Counted from the first letter of the stretch, positions 17,846 to 28,527 are shown. The stretch is 64,000 nt of DNA from Deltaproteobacteria bacterium (GCA_021781535.1 JAJXWO010000011.1:13877-77876); one strand, 5' to 3'. Program-made: numbers and translations. Notes: generated by a model not told the origin, from the letters alone.

Positions 17846-19483
17846 TTAATACACCTGCTCGTTCTTCGGCACATACCATTTATTCTGGTTATACCCAATC
17901 CCGGCCGGAGCAGGCTTGACCCCACGAAACCGTGCACTTACCACAGGCAATGCATCAGGAACATACAAGAAAGTATACGGCTGTTCATCAGCCAGGATAT
18001 CCTGGATCCTGAAATAGGCCTTCTTACGCTTTTCAATATTAAAGGTACTGCGACCTTCAACCAGCAGGCGGTCGACTTCCGGGTTGTTATAGCCGATAAA
18101 ATTCAATTCACCCGGCTTGGTCTTGCTGGAATCCCAGACATCAAACATATCCGGGTCCTGGGATACGCTCCAGGCTAAAAGCACAACTTCAAAGTTTCCT
18201 TTATTGATGAATTCCTTTAAAAACGCGGCCCATTCGACGACTCTTATTTTGACATCAATCCCGACCTGTAACAAACGCTGCTGTATAATCTGGGCTGTCA
18301 TCAAACGCTGTTGATTGCCCTGATTGGTCAGAATAGTAAACGTAAATGGCTTGCCATCCTTTACGAGTATTCCGGCACTGTTCTTTTCTTTCCAGCCGGC
18401 CTGTGCCAAGAGTTCTGCAGCATGTTTCGGGTCATACGCAATATCTTTGACTGCAGGATTATAGGCCCAACGGCCCGGGATAATCGGGCCGTACGCTTTC
18501 TGCCCCATACCGAACAGCACCCCCTGGATCAGTTCATCCTTGTTGATGGCAGCCGTGAGTGCCTGCCTGACGCGTTTGTCACCGAAGAGCGGGTGTCGCA
18601 GATTGTAGCCCATGTACAAGTAACTGGATGATGGATACCGATATTTGTTGAATCGGCTTGTAAATTCTTTTGATTCGGTTTGGCGTGCATATTGAACCGG
18701 CGTCAGGTCCATAAGGTCTATTGCACCAGCTTTAAGCTCCATGAACATGGTGGAGGTGTCAGGAATAATGCGGTAGACAATACGATCAATATAGGGACGG
18801 CCTTCGAAATAATCGTTGTTTGCTTCCAGCTCTATTTTTTGCCCCGATACCCACTCTTTAAATCGGTAAGGGCCGGTACCAATCGGATTTCGAGCCAGTG
18901 GGCTCTTGGTAATATCTTTCCCTTCCAGAAGATGGGCAGGGAGTATGTTCATCCCCCATGATGCCAGGGCCGGGGCAAAAGGAGAATTGTATGACACTCG
19001 TATAGTGAATGAATCGGGAGCCGTAATGTTTTTTACCTGTTTGAAATCTTCGGCGTACGCGGTGGGTGTTTTGGGGTCAATCGTGACACGGTAAGTGTAG
19101 ATTACATCTCTTGAAGTGAACGGAGCACCATCATGCCACTTCACTCCGTGGTGAAGGTGAAACGTGATGGTCAGGCCATCATCTGAAATATCAAAAGACT
19201 TTGCCAGATCACCGACAATGTTGAGGTTTTTGTCGTACTTCACCAACCCATTATATATCTGGCCGGCAACTTCATGTGAGGCTGAGTCAGTTGCGAGAAG
19301 AGGAATAAGGGTGGAGGCTTCACCAATGGTGCCTTCAACAAGGGCATCGCCCGTTGCAGGAAGAGAGGGGGACGATGCATGGACAATAACGGGTGTGTGC
19401 GAAGTTTCAGGGCGATTACACGCGACAAGAATGGCACTGCAGAGCAGTACCATCAGGAGGCATCGCACACCTGACACTATCAT
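17846..19483 (-). CDS. ABC transporter substrate-binding lipoprotein, family 5 (peptide/nickel/opine type)
   Basis: 545 aa with a lipoprotein signal peptide (...AILVAC). The length and sequence are typical of DppA/OppA-type binding proteins. Confidence 0.85.
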   Translation of the reverse strand: MIVSGVRCLLMVLLCSAILVACNRPETSHTPVIVHASSPSLPATGDALVEGTIGEASTLIPLLATDSASHEVAGQIYNGLVKYDKNLNIVGDLAKSFDISDDGLTITFHLHHGVKWHDGAPFTSRDVIYTYRVTIDPKTPTAYAEDFKQVKNITAPDSFTIRVSYNSPFAPALASWGMNILPAHLLEGKDITKSPLARNPIGTGPYRFKEWVSGQKIELEANNDYFEGRPYIDRIVYRIIPDTSTMFMELKAGAIDLMDLTPVQYARQTESKEFTSRFNKYRYPSSSYLYMGYNLRHPLFGDKRVRQALTAAINKDELIQGVLFGMGQKAYGPIIPGRWAYNPAVKDIAYDPKHAAELLAQAGWKEKNSAGILVKDGKPFTFTILTNQGNQQRLMTAQIIQQRLLQVGIDVKIRVVEWAAFLKEFINKGNFEVVLLAWSVSQDPDMFDVWDSSKTKPGELNFIGYNNPEVDRLLVEGRSTFNIEKRKKAYFRIQDILADEQPYTFLYVPDALPVVSARFRGVKPAPAGIGYNQNKWYVPKNEQVY

Positions 19484-21192
19484 TTTTCGTTCAGCTCCCC
19501 TTTAAGCTTGTGCATCTTTTCAACGAGTTCTTTGTTGCGCTCGGGAGCTAATTTAAGCGCTTTTTGATACTGCTTCAGTGCTTTTTTGACGGCACGGCGG
19601 GCTGCATAAACATCACCCAGATGTTCCACAATGGTAGAATCATCATCAATCAGGGCGATTGCCTCTTCAAGTGACTTCTCCGCTTCATCATAGCGTTTAA
19701 GCTTGAAATAAGTCCAGCCGAGACTGTCGAGGATAAATGCATCGCGCGGGCGTATTGCAACAGCCTGCTTTATGTATTTGAGCGCTTCTTCAAGGTGTAT
19801 TCCCATTTCGGCATATGAATAGCCAAGGTAATTAAGGGCTTGGGCATCTTTCGGATCAAGCTGCAATACCTGCTTCATCCGCTTGATAGACTCGGTGCGC
19901 TTGCCCAGCTTATCCAGCAACACCCCAATCCGGAAGTGCAAACGAGGCTCTTTTGAAAACAAGTGCTCATTCTCAAGCAGAATATCAAGCCCGGCTTGAG
20001 GCCTGTCTATTGATTCATATAGAGTAGATAAATTCAAATACAAATCAAGATTATCCGGGTTGTCATTAATCGCTTCCTTGAGTACGGCAATTGCGGCGTC
20101 AGTTTTACCCTGTTCTTTCAATATCAGCGCAATATGACTTACCGCTTCCAAGTACTGCGGCGTATTATGAGGAATTTTACCGAACTCGGAATAGGCTTTA
20201 TCCAGGTCACCTTTTTCTTCATAGGCAATGCCGCGGTAGAGGCGAATATTATAGGCAGAGGGATCTTTTTCAAGCATGTCACCAAATACAGCAATCGCTT
20301 CGTCATACTGCTCAAGTTCGAGATGTACCAGTCCGATTTTTCGAGTAGTTTCCTGGCCTCCAAATCCTGATTGAGCGGCTAACTTAAGATATACAAGTGC
20401 CTCGGTAAATCGACGTTGCTGGAGCAGCAATTGGGTCATCCGCTGCAGTACGGCAGCACGGTGTTCATCCTGGCCAAGAAGGGTCCGGTACGTGTCTATT
20501 GCAAGAGAATAGTCGCCCATCGCCTCATACGTAGCGGCTTTGTCGATAATCGCCTGGCTAAAATCAGGCTTCAGCTCCAACACCTTTGTAAAGTACCCGA
20601 GGGCATCGCGATAGAGCTTCATCTGACTATAAGTGCGCCCCAGATAGTAGTATCCTAGAATGGAATCAGGATTGATTTTTACCAATGCCTTGAGCGTGGT
20701 CACAGCTTCTTCATATTCATACAGGCGCGTCAGAGACAGGGCCAGATGCAAGTAGGCATCTTCTTTGGAAGGATCAATTTTGATCGCCTTGCGCAAGTAA
20801 TCTGCCGCTTCCAGGTCCTTTCCCACCGACGCCATCACAATCCCTCCCAGAACGTACGGCGGGCGATAATTCGGGTCAAGGGCAATTGCCTTGTTAATAT
20901 ATTCAAGAGCCTCCGGGATTTGTCCAATTTTGAGCTTGATGTCAGCAACTTCACTATGGAGCCTGGCCGAACCTGGATCAAGCGAGATTGCTTCACGCAA
21001 CAGAGTCAGCGCGGCAGGATAGTCATCGTCTAATGCAGCAATTCTCGCCCGAGAAAACAGATACAAAGCGTGGGAATGATTATCATAAAACGTAGAGGTG
21101 AGAGATGGGGCGTTTTCTGGAGGATGTGTGAATCCGGCACACGCAGTTAAAAGCAGGAAGGACATCAGTATGATCAGCCGCATGTACATCAA
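19480..21192 (-). CDS. TPR-repeat lipoprotein
   Basis: 570 aa with the lipobox LLLTAC. Tetratricopeptide-like repeats (A..Y..AL.L.P) run along the whole length. Its stop overlaps the SBP start (ATGA at 19480-19483). Confidence 0.75.
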   Translation of the reverse strand: MMYMRLIILMSFLLLTACAGFTHPPENAPSLTSTFYDNHSHALYLFSRARIAALDDDYPAALTLLREAISLDPGSARLHSEVADIKLKIGQIPEALEYINKAIALDPNYRPPYVLGGIVMASVGKDLEAADYLRKAIKIDPSKEDAYLHLALSLTRLYEYEEAVTTLKALVKINPDSILGYYYLGRTYSQMKLYRDALGYFTKVLELKPDFSQAIIDKAATYEAMGDYSLAIDTYRTLLGQDEHRAAVLQRMTQLLLQQRRFTEALVYLKLAAQSGFGGQETTRKIGLVHLELEQYDEAIAVFGDMLEKDPSAYNIRLYRGIAYEEKGDLDKAYSEFGKIPHNTPQYLEAVSHIALILKEQGKTDAAIAVLKEAINDNPDNLDLYLNLSTLYESIDRPQAGLDILLENEHLFSKEPRLHFRIGVLLDKLGKRTESIKRMKQVLQLDPKDAQALNYLGYSYAEMGIHLEEALKYIKQAVAIRPRDAFILDSLGWTYFKLKRYDEAEKSLEEAIALIDDDSTIVEHLGDVYAARRAVKKALKQYQKALKLAPERNKELVEKMHKLKGELNEK

Positions 21193-21280
21193 GAAGGAAT
21201 CCCGTTTTAAAGTAAATTATAAAAAAAGTAGCATGAAACATATTAATGGTCAAACGATAATAATAATTGAAATGTTACAG

Positions 21281-21309
21281 TTGACATCGCACACTTCCGG
21301 ATAGAATAT
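21281..21309 (+). promoter_or_regulatory. candidate sigma-70 promoter abutting the CNNM gene start
   Basis: TTGACA (21281-21286), a 17-nt spacer, then GAATAT (21304-21309); alternatively TAGAAT with a 15-nt spacer. The ATG at 21316 is only 6 nt after the -10 element and has no SD sequence. Confidence 0.3.
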
Positions 21310-21315
21310 GCAACT

Positions 21316-22623
21316 ATGAATTACACTTTACCATATCTTCTGCTTGTGGTGCTGCTGGTGGCTGCAAATGGTTTTTTCGTAGCTGCTGAATTTTCCCTTG
21401 TCTCGGTTCGACGTTCACGGATTGTCTCACTAGTGGAGAACGGCAATGCTCGTGCCGTAACACTGCTTGGGATGCTGGACAACCTGAATTCGTACATATC
21501 CGCCACTCAACTTGGTATTACCATGGCATCATTGGCATTAGGCTGGATTGGCGAGCCTGCACTCTCACGTCTACTTGAAGCGCCTCTGCATGGCCTGGTT
21601 TCTGACGCTGTCCGCCACACGATTGCATTTACCGTTGCATTCACTGTTATTACCTTTCTGCATATTGTACTCGGTGAGCTTGCCCCAAAAACTTTGGCCC
21701 TAGACCAAGCAGAACGCGTTGCCCTGGCAGTGGCATGGCCGTTGCGGCTTTTTCATACTCTGTTCAGCTGGCCGATACGCCTGCTTGATTTTGCCGGCAG
21801 AAGCACAGTCCGGATGTTTGGACTACGGATTTCTCCAGACCATGACAGTGTATATACCGTTGACGAATTGCGACAGATTATCAATGTTTCTCATACGAGC
21901 GGTGCTCTTGAGGCGGATGAACGGCGCCTGCTCCATCGAATTTTTGAATTTTCTGACTCGGAAGTCCAAGATGTAATGATACCACGAAATGCTGTTACCG
22001 CACTCCCGGTCACTGCTACTCTTGAAGAAACCCAGTCGACCTTTAATCTCCACGGTTTTTCACGCATTCCAGTTTATCAGGATCAACTTGATAATATTAT
22101 CGGTGTTATCGTCAGAAGAGACTTCGAGCCGTTTCTGTCTCATACTCATACACCTGACTTTGATCTTGGCAAGCTTATTCACCAGCCATATTTTATCCCG
22201 ACAAATGCCCAATTGAGCACGGCATTAAAACAGATGCAGTCATCGCGTACTCACATGGTTTTTGTTGTTGACGAATATGGTGGTTTCGAAGGCATCATAA
22301 CCCTGGAGGACCTCCTTGAGGAAATAGTGGGAGAAATAGATGATGAGTTTGATGAGATTTCTCCAGCGCAGTGTATTGCAGAAAATAATGATTATCTTCT
22401 TGACGGGATGCTGACCGTACGTGAAGTTAATCTCCAGCTCAATTTACATCTTCCTGAAGACGCACCATATTCTACAATAGCCGGATTCCTGCTCGCGCAG
22501 GCCGGACGATTGTTGCAACAAGGTGAAAGTATTCTTTTTGAGGGCATCCGATTTAAAGTAGAGAACGTTGATCGAAAAAGAATCCGTCGTGTCAGGGTCA
22601 CGATAGAAAGGCAAATGGCGTGA
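21316..22623 (+). CDS. CNNM/TlyC/CorC-family protein (DUF21 membrane domain + CBS pair + CorC_HlyC)
   Basis: 435 aa. The N-terminal DUF21 pattern is present (LLVAANGFFVAAEFSLVSVRRSR), followed by a CBS region and a C-terminal CorC/HlyC-like domain. Confidence 0.85.
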   Translation: MNYTLPYLLLVVLLVAANGFFVAAEFSLVSVRRSRIVSLVENGNARAVTLLGMLDNLNSYISATQLGITMASLALGWIGEPALSRLLEAPLHGLVSDAVRHTIAFTVAFTVITFLHIVLGELAPKTLALDQAERVALAVAWPLRLFHTLFSWPIRLLDFAGRSTVRMFGLRISPDHDSVYTVDELRQIINVSHTSGALEADERRLLHRIFEFSDSEVQDVMIPRNAVTALPVTATLEETQSTFNLHGFSRIPVYQDQLDNIIGVIVRRDFEPFLSHTHTPDFDLGKLIHQPYFIPTNAQLSTALKQMQSSRTHMVFVVDEYGGFEGIITLEDLLEEIVGEIDDEFDEISPAQCIAENNDYLLDGMLTVREVNLQLNLHLPEDAPYSTIAGFLLAQAGRLLQQGESILFEGIRFKVENVDRKRIRRVRVTIERQMA

Positions 22624-25600
22624 AAATCACATCGGGGATTATCAAAATATCCGGTATGTTGCTGGTTATAATTGCTACGTTCGTGACTGCAACAGCTTTT
22701 TTCCTTCCCTATCTTCTGGATGTCAATGCCTACCGTACTGAAATTGTATCCGCACTCCAGCAGAGCCTCAATCGCTCTGTCAGATTCGGCTCAGGGTCAT
22801 TTGCCTGGCATTTCGGACCTTCTTTTGAATTTAAATCATTCACAGTTAAAGAACGTAACGGGATCGCCGATTTTATTACAGCAAAAAAGATAACCGTTAC
22901 CGTGGCTCTAATACCATTACTGGAAAAAAGGGTTGTGTTAAAGAACCTGATTTTGGATGATACGACTATTTCACTCTTTCGCAGCTCGGATGGCACATAC
23001 AATATTGATGATTTGCTAAAACCGGGCAAAAACAATGTCGGCGTCAATTTCAAGAAAATACTGATACATAAAGGGGCGATACTCTGGAGTGACTTGGCAG
23101 GACGAAAGCAGCCGTTTTCAGCTACCCTTCGTGATATTTCTCTCACCGCTGACCATATTGAACGCGGACAAAAGGGGCATCTTAAATTGACTGCCGAGAT
23201 CCCCCCAACACATGGCGTCACCCCAACACACATAGCTCTTTCTGGCGACATACGGCTCCCATCAGGTGAAAAATCGTTATTGGAAACTGTAGTAGACTGT
23301 GATCTTTCTGTCAAACAGGCAGAAATAAACAGATTCTGGCCCTACTTTGGACATTTTGTTCCATTTCCCAACATTGGCGGCAGACTTGATTTTATCACCA
23401 ATATCAAGGGCCAAGCAGAGGATTTTTCTGCTAAAGGAAAAGTGCTGATCAGCGGCGTAAACGTTACGTGGCCGACAGTATTTCACTCGGTCCTCTCGCC
23501 CAAAAAACTTCAACTTGAATATACAATGTCCCTGACAAAGCAACTGATCGATATTTCCACGGTTGACATCAGTATGGAGGGGTTCAGAATCAAGGGAAGT
23601 TTCCAGATGCAGGATTACTTAACCAAAGATCCTTACATTATTGTCAAAGCCAGCACACCATCAACATTCCGCTACGAAGACGTGAAAGATTATGTGCCCT
23701 ACGGAATCATTGAAAGCGGCACCTCAGACTATATCGAAAACAAGATTAAGTCAGGTGTATTCAAGCTGGATACCGGTGTGCTGGATGGACGGATAAGCCA
23801 GATTACCCATATGGAGATTGGTCAAAACTATAATACCCTCCTTATCCGCGGACCGGTTGAAAAGGCAGTCCTGAGTTATGGCCCCAAAACTCCTGTATTT
23901 AATAACCTAAAAGGCGTTGTTGAATTAAAAGGTAAAAATTTCAACCTGATCGGCATGAGCGGAAACTTTGGAACATCCCCTTTTACTCTGGACGGCTCCA
24001 TAACAGAATACAACACCGGCAGGAAGGCTGATTACCCGGTTAAAATGTCTATTGTACCACGTGCACCGGAGATTGCCTGGCTGGCAAAAATTGCCGGCAT
24101 TCCTAAACTTGAATACAATGGCAGTTCCTCGCTAATGTTAAACGGCAACGGGCACTATTCTGCCTACAAACTGGATGGAGACTGGGATCTCAAACAAACA
24201 GCTTACAGGCTGACCGGTTATGTCAACAAACCGTCCTCAATGCAGAATACTCTTAAGTTCACTACGGTTATAAGCAAAGATTCCACAAAAGTCACGTCAG
24301 TACACTACAATCTCCAACCTCTCGTTATCACCGGCAGTGGTCTGATCGGCTACGGAGAAAAACCTTATCTGGGTTTTGATCTCCAAACTAACCGGTTTGT
24401 AATGAATGAAACCTTGCCAATTCTCTCCATGTGGCAAAAATATAAAGCACAAGGAACGGTGCAGGCTCATATTCTGGCAGGGGGAAACCCGGATGATCTG
24501 AGTGCCATGAATTACCATGGCACCGTTGATATCACCAGATTTGGCTTTCAACCTGATGATAAGCTGAAACGGGTCAGTGACATCAGCGGTACGATTAATT
24601 TCAAAGGCAACAGCCTGGAAACATCCACTATGGAGGCTCGCTACGGCAGCTCCATGATAACCTTGAAAACCGTCATAAAGAGCCTTAAAAAGCCGGAAGC
24701 AGACATTACGTTCTCATCACCGTATCTTTATCTGCGTGATTTAAATTTTGCTGAAGGTGACCGCGTTGCCGGTATCAGGCACTTGAAAGCAAGAGGTGTA
24801 CAACGTGGTGACTCCATAGTTTTTCAAAACGTATCCGGATTGATCAATTCTTCCGACTTCACCCTGAGCGGAATCTATGAGGCCGGTCAGACCCCGCAGG
24901 CTACTATTTCGATGACATCATCAAGGTTTGATCTGGATGACCTTCACCTATTTACGTCACCGCCAAAAAAGGCAGAGAAGGGACAAAGTCCCGGATTGGA
25001 TTTAAGGCTTTCCCTGAATGTCGAATCCGGAAATTATGGTAAGTTGACGTACAGTAAATTGAAGGCCGAAGTTCAACAGGAGAAAGGCATTGTTTACCTG
25101 CAACACCTGACTGCAGAAATGATGGGCGGTAAATTTACGGCCAATGGAAGAATTGCTCCCGGTGGCGAACTGGGTGATCGCTATGATTTGACACTTGACA
25201 TCTCTAAAGCAGATGCGGAAAAACTGTTCGCTGCCCTCGATATTTCCCATGAAGTCACAGGGGTATTAACGCTTCACGGCAATCTTACAGCCCGTGGAAA
25301 CACCCTTCTCGATATCAAAAAAAACACGTTAGGAAATATACAGCTCAGCATGAACAACGGGAAGTTGCGCAAATTCAACACTCTCTCCAAGGTTTTTTCA
25401 ATTTTAAATTTTTCCCAGTTGCTGAAATTCAAATTACCGGATATGGCCTCAGGCGGAATGCCATACAGCAGCATTAAAGGAAGTATTTCGGTGAAAGATG
25501 GTATTCTGGGTACCCAGGATCTTTTTATAAGCAGTAATGCCATAAACATTTCAATAATTGGAAATGCAGATATTGTTAAAGAGGATTTAAATCTTACCAT

Positions 25601-25850
25601 CGGAGTCCAGCCGCTTCAGACCGTGGACAAGATTGTCAACCGGATTCCAATCGTCGGCTGGTTATTGACTGGAAAGGATAAGGGTTTACTGACCGCATAT
25701 TTCGAGGCTAAAGGGAAATGGTCTGCTCCTCAGGTGAGTGCCATTCCGGTGAAATCAATGAGCAAGGGCATACTGCATATATTTATCAGGGCATTTGAAT
25801 TGCCGGTGAAACTGTTTACTGATACCGGAGAAGTTATTCTGGGTCAATAA
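22620..25850 (+). CDS. AsmA-family / YhdP-like large envelope protein
   Basis: 1076 aa with a single N-terminal TM helix and an AsmA-like N-terminus (LDVNAYRTEIVSALQQSLNRSVRFG). It is beta-rich throughout and has an AsmA_2/DUF3971-like C-terminus. Its GTG start overlaps the CNNM stop (GTGA). Confidence 0.65.
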   Translation: MKITSGIIKISGMLLVIIATFVTATAFFLPYLLDVNAYRTEIVSALQQSLNRSVRFGSGSFAWHFGPSFEFKSFTVKERNGIADFITAKKITVTVALIPLLEKRVVLKNLILDDTTISLFRSSDGTYNIDDLLKPGKNNVGVNFKKILIHKGAILWSDLAGRKQPFSATLRDISLTADHIERGQKGHLKLTAEIPPTHGVTPTHIALSGDIRLPSGEKSLLETVVDCDLSVKQAEINRFWPYFGHFVPFPNIGGRLDFITNIKGQAEDFSAKGKVLISGVNVTWPTVFHSVLSPKKLQLEYTMSLTKQLIDISTVDISMEGFRIKGSFQMQDYLTKDPYIIVKASTPSTFRYEDVKDYVPYGIIESGTSDYIENKIKSGVFKLDTGVLDGRISQITHMEIGQNYNTLLIRGPVEKAVLSYGPKTPVFNNLKGVVELKGKNFNLIGMSGNFGTSPFTLDGSITEYNTGRKADYPVKMSIVPRAPEIAWLAKIAGIPKLEYNGSSSLMLNGNGHYSAYKLDGDWDLKQTAYRLTGYVNKPSSMQNTLKFTTVISKDSTKVTSVHYNLQPLVITGSGLIGYGEKPYLGFDLQTNRFVMNETLPILSMWQKYKAQGTVQAHILAGGNPDDLSAMNYHGTVDITRFGFQPDDKLKRVSDISGTINFKGNSLETSTMEARYGSSMITLKTVIKSLKKPEADITFSSPYLYLRDLNFAEGDRVAGIRHLKARGVQRGDSIVFQNVSGLINSSDFTLSGIYEAGQTPQATISMTSSRFDLDDLHLFTSPPKKAEKGQSPGLDLRLSLNVESGNYGKLTYSKLKAEVQQEKGIVYLQHLTAEMMGGKFTANGRIAPGGELGDRYDLTLDISKADAEKLFAALDISHEVTGVLTLHGNLTARGNTLLDIKKNTLGNIQLSMNNGKLRKFNTLSKVFSILNFSQLLKFKLPDMASGGMPYSSIKGSISVKDGILGTQDLFISSNAINISIIGNADIVKEDLNLTIGVQPLQTVDKIVNRIPIVGWLLTGKDKGLLTAYFEAKGKWSAPQVSAIPVKSMSKGILHIFIRAFELPVKLFTDTGEVILGQ

Positions 25851-26671
25851 ATGCTGTAATTCTGAGGATCTGAAAAAAGTTCTTTCAGAAAAAGGTTATT
25901 GAGATGGTGTCCCGTCTTATTGGCATCAACCTTGCCGAGAATACGATATCCGCACGTATAAAAGTCTCCGATCAAATCCAGTATTTTGTGATTGACCAGC
26001 TCTTTCTTGTAGCGTAGTCCGTGAGGGTTGACAATACTGTCTTCGCCAATCGCTACGGCGTTGTCCAGTGATGCTCCCTTAGCCAGACCTGCTTTGCGAA
26101 TCGCTTCAAGCTCCTCAAGAAAACCGAACGTACGGGAATTGATTATCGAAAACGCATTCTCAACGTCCGTAACCCGTTTTTTCTGCTTTCCCACCGGTGC
26201 CCGAAACTCGATGGACATAGTAATATCCAGCGTATTGAGCGGTTTTACCCGCACGTATGCATCATCTCTGGTAACCTCAATCGGGCGAAGTACTTTCAAA
26301 TACACACCGGACTCAGGAAACTCATACACTCCTGCCTTCCACATACCTTGGTAGAACTCCCAGGCCGAGCCATCCATAATCGGCACTTCTGGACCGTCAA
26401 TATAAACCAGACAGTTCGTAATGCCGGAAAAATAGAGCGCCGCCATCAGGTGTTCAATTGTCGCAACGGAAACTCCATCACGGCAAATCTGGGTGGAAAG
26501 TCGCGTGTCACCGACCATGTCGTAACGGGCAGGAATAAGTTGCCCATTATGCACAAAAGCAATGCCAAATTCACGGCGGGGAAGAAACTCTAATGTTACT
26601 TCCCGACCACTGTGCAGGCCGATGCCGGAAACTTTAAAAATACGATTTATTGTTGTTTGCCGTTTTATCAT
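25844..26671 (-). CDS. lpxC: UDP-3-O-acyl-N-acetylglucosamine deacetylase
   Basis: MIKRQTTINRIFKVSGIGLHSG matches the LpxC N-terminus (E. coli MIKQRTLKRIV...GVGLHTG). The HKILDLIGDF motif is present. The start is set at the ATG at 26671; the ORF-track TTG at 26707 would add 12 non-homologous residues. Confidence 0.9.
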   Translation of the reverse strand: MIKRQTTINRIFKVSGIGLHSGREVTLEFLPRREFGIAFVHNGQLIPARYDMVGDTRLSTQICRDGVSVATIEHLMAALYFSGITNCLVYIDGPEVPIMDGSAWEFYQGMWKAGVYEFPESGVYLKVLRPIEVTRDDAYVRVKPLNTLDITMSIEFRAPVGKQKKRVTDVENAFSIINSRTFGFLEELEAIRKAGLAKGASLDNAVAIGEDSIVNPHGLRYKKELVNHKILDLIGDFYTCGYRILGKVDANKTGHHLNNLFLKELFSDPQNYSIY

Positions 26672-26746
26672 AGGTGGGAATATGTCAGATTTTCTGTGGG
26701 GCGTCAAGGAGCATGGGAATCACTGTTTTCGTTGGTTACTATCGAT

Positions 26747-27421
26747 TTAGCCAATGATCTTGTTTTTGAGCTCTGCGTATTCAGCTGCAAGGGCATCATA
26801 TTTTCGTTCCAGCTCGCGAATCTGGTCGAACAGACAGGCAATAGCCTTTGCTTCTGGGTCCGGCAACTGCCCATGTTGCAGATCTGCCCGACCATCCGCT
26901 TTTTTTTCTTCAGCCATAACTATTCTTCCGGGAATTCCGACAACCGTGGCATTATCCGGAACTTCTTTTACAACGACAGAATTGGAACCGATTTTTGCAC
27001 CCCTGCCAACAGTAAACGGTCCCAATACCTTGGCACCGGAACCGATCACCACGTTATCAAGCAGAGTCGGATGTCGTTTAATCTTATCCCAGGTAACTCC
27101 CCCCAGGGTTACGCCGTGATACAGTGTTACGTTATCACCAATCTCAGCCGTCTCCCCAATAACAACCCCCATACCATGATCAATAAAAAATTTCCTGCCG
27201 ATCTTGGCCCCGGGATGTATTTCAATTCCGGTAAAGAATCGTCCGAGATGGGACGTAAATCGCCCAACAAAAAAGAACTCATGAATCCAGAACCAATGGG
27301 CGATACGATAGAACCAAAGCGCATGAAGTCCCGGATAACAGAAAACAATTTCCAGCATGCTTCGCGCGGCTGGGTCACGTTCGAAAACTGAATTGATGTC
27401 TTCACGAAGATTTTTAAACAT
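26747..27421 (-). CDS. cysE: serine O-acetyltransferase
   Basis: 224 aa. The SATase N-terminal helix region is present ([28 protein letters not shown]), plus left-handed beta-helix hexapeptide repeats. Confidence 0.9.
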   Translation of the reverse strand: MFKNLREDINSVFERDPAARSMLEIVFCYPGLHALWFYRIAHWFWIHEFFFVGRFTSHLGRFFTGIEIHPGAKIGRKFFIDHGMGVVIGETAEIGDNVTLYHGVTLGGVTWDKIKRHPTLLDNVVIGSGAKVLGPFTVGRGAKIGSNSVVVKEVPDNATVVGIPGRIVMAEEKKADGRADLQHGQLPDPEAKAIACLFDQIRELERKYDALAAEYAELKNKIIG

Positions 27422-27583
27422 ATTTCCTACCTCTTATATATCTATAATATTTTTCAGAGGTAACACACTGTTTGTAAAACTGTCAAATTCATTTCATTTT
27501 GCAGAACAACTTCCTGCTCGACAAAAATGTTGTTTATTCTTATAACGGACGAGACAAACCACTTTCACTGTTTTGGAGTTTAT

Positions 27584-28426
27584 ATGGATTCATTAACCCT
27601 GTCGGCCCCGGCTAAAATAAACTATCTGCTCGATGTCATAGGAAAACGACCTGACGGGTATCATGATCTTCGCATGATCATGCAGCGAGTAAATCTTTGT
27701 GACGAAATCATTTTAACCTTAACAAAAACCCCAGTCATTAATGTCTCCTGCAACTCGAAAGGAGCTCCTAACGGTCCTGAAAATATTGCCTGGAAAGCAG
27801 CACATGCACTACTTGGCCTAGCAAAGCCCGGTTACGGAGTAAATATTGAAATCATTAAAAAAATCCCTGTCGCTGCAGGACTTGGAGGAGGCAGCAGTGA
27901 TGCAGCATCGGTACTGATGGGAATGAATGAAATTCTGAAGCTGGAGCTTCCTGCACAGAAGCTTATGAATATTGGCAGTAAACTTGGTGCCGATGTACCA
28001 TTTTTTATTTTCCAGCAGACAGCGCTTGCAGAGGGAATAGGTGATTTGCTTACCCCTCTCCCTGAAATGCCTAAATGTTGGATATTGCTTGTCAACCCAG
28101 GTGTCCATGTTTCAACTTCATGGGTTTATCAATCTTTACAGTTGACAAGCAAGAGAAAGCTGAATAAACTGCCGAAGTTTTTCGAGTCAATCGACCAAAT
28201 TGTTTCAGTGCTCTCCAATGATCTTGAATCGGTAACTATTCCGGCATTTCCGGTCATTGCCGACATCAAGTCCCGCCTGATGAGCATGGGCGCAACGGGA
28301 AGTATGATGTCAGGCAGTGGACCAACGGTTTTCGGTGTATTTAAAAGTTTTACAACAGCTGAAACAGCACGGCATGAACTAACGAAAGACACAGACTGGT
28401 TTGCAGCGACAGTTGAAACACTGTAA
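27584..28426 (+). CDS. ispE: 4-diphosphocytidyl-2-C-methyl-D-erythritol kinase
   Basis: It carries the GHMP kinase motif IPVAAGLGGGSSDAA and the N-terminus LSAPAKINYLLDV. The start is set at the ATG at 27584, preceded by GGAG. Confidence 0.9.
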   Translation: MDSLTLSAPAKINYLLDVIGKRPDGYHDLRMIMQRVNLCDEIILTLTKTPVINVSCNSKGAPNGPENIAWKAAHALLGLAKPGYGVNIEIIKKIPVAAGLGGGSSDAASVLMGMNEILKLELPAQKLMNIGSKLGADVPFFIFQQTALAEGIGDLLTPLPEMPKCWILLVNPGVHVSTSWVYQSLQLTSKRKLNKLPKFFESIDQIVSVLSNDLESVTIPAFPVIADIKSRLMSMGATGSMMSGSGPTVFGVFKSFTTAETARHELTKDTDWFAATVETL

Positions 28427-28446
28427 TTCTACGTAACATCTTGTAT

Positions 28447-28521
28447 TGGGGCGTCGCCAAGCGGTAAGGCACCGGATTTTGATTCCGGCATTCCCAGGTT
28501 CGATCCCTGGCGCCCCAGCCA
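28447..28521 (+). tRNA. tRNA-Gln (anticodon TTG)
   Basis: The sequence folds as a cloverleaf by eye. The acceptor stem is TGGGGCG/CGCCCCA, the anticodon stem CCGGA/TCCGG carries the loop TTTTGAT, a T-arm GGTTCGATCC is present, and the 3' CCA is encoded. Confidence 0.95.
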
Positions 28522-28527
28522 CAACCC

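Noticed and set aside
21098-21304. A 68-aa plus-strand ORF overlapping the start of the TPR lipoprotein gene and the divergent promoter region.
   Set aside because: It overlaps the signal-peptide coding region of a well-supported gene on the other strand, and it is AT-rich, low-complexity and lacks an SD sequence.
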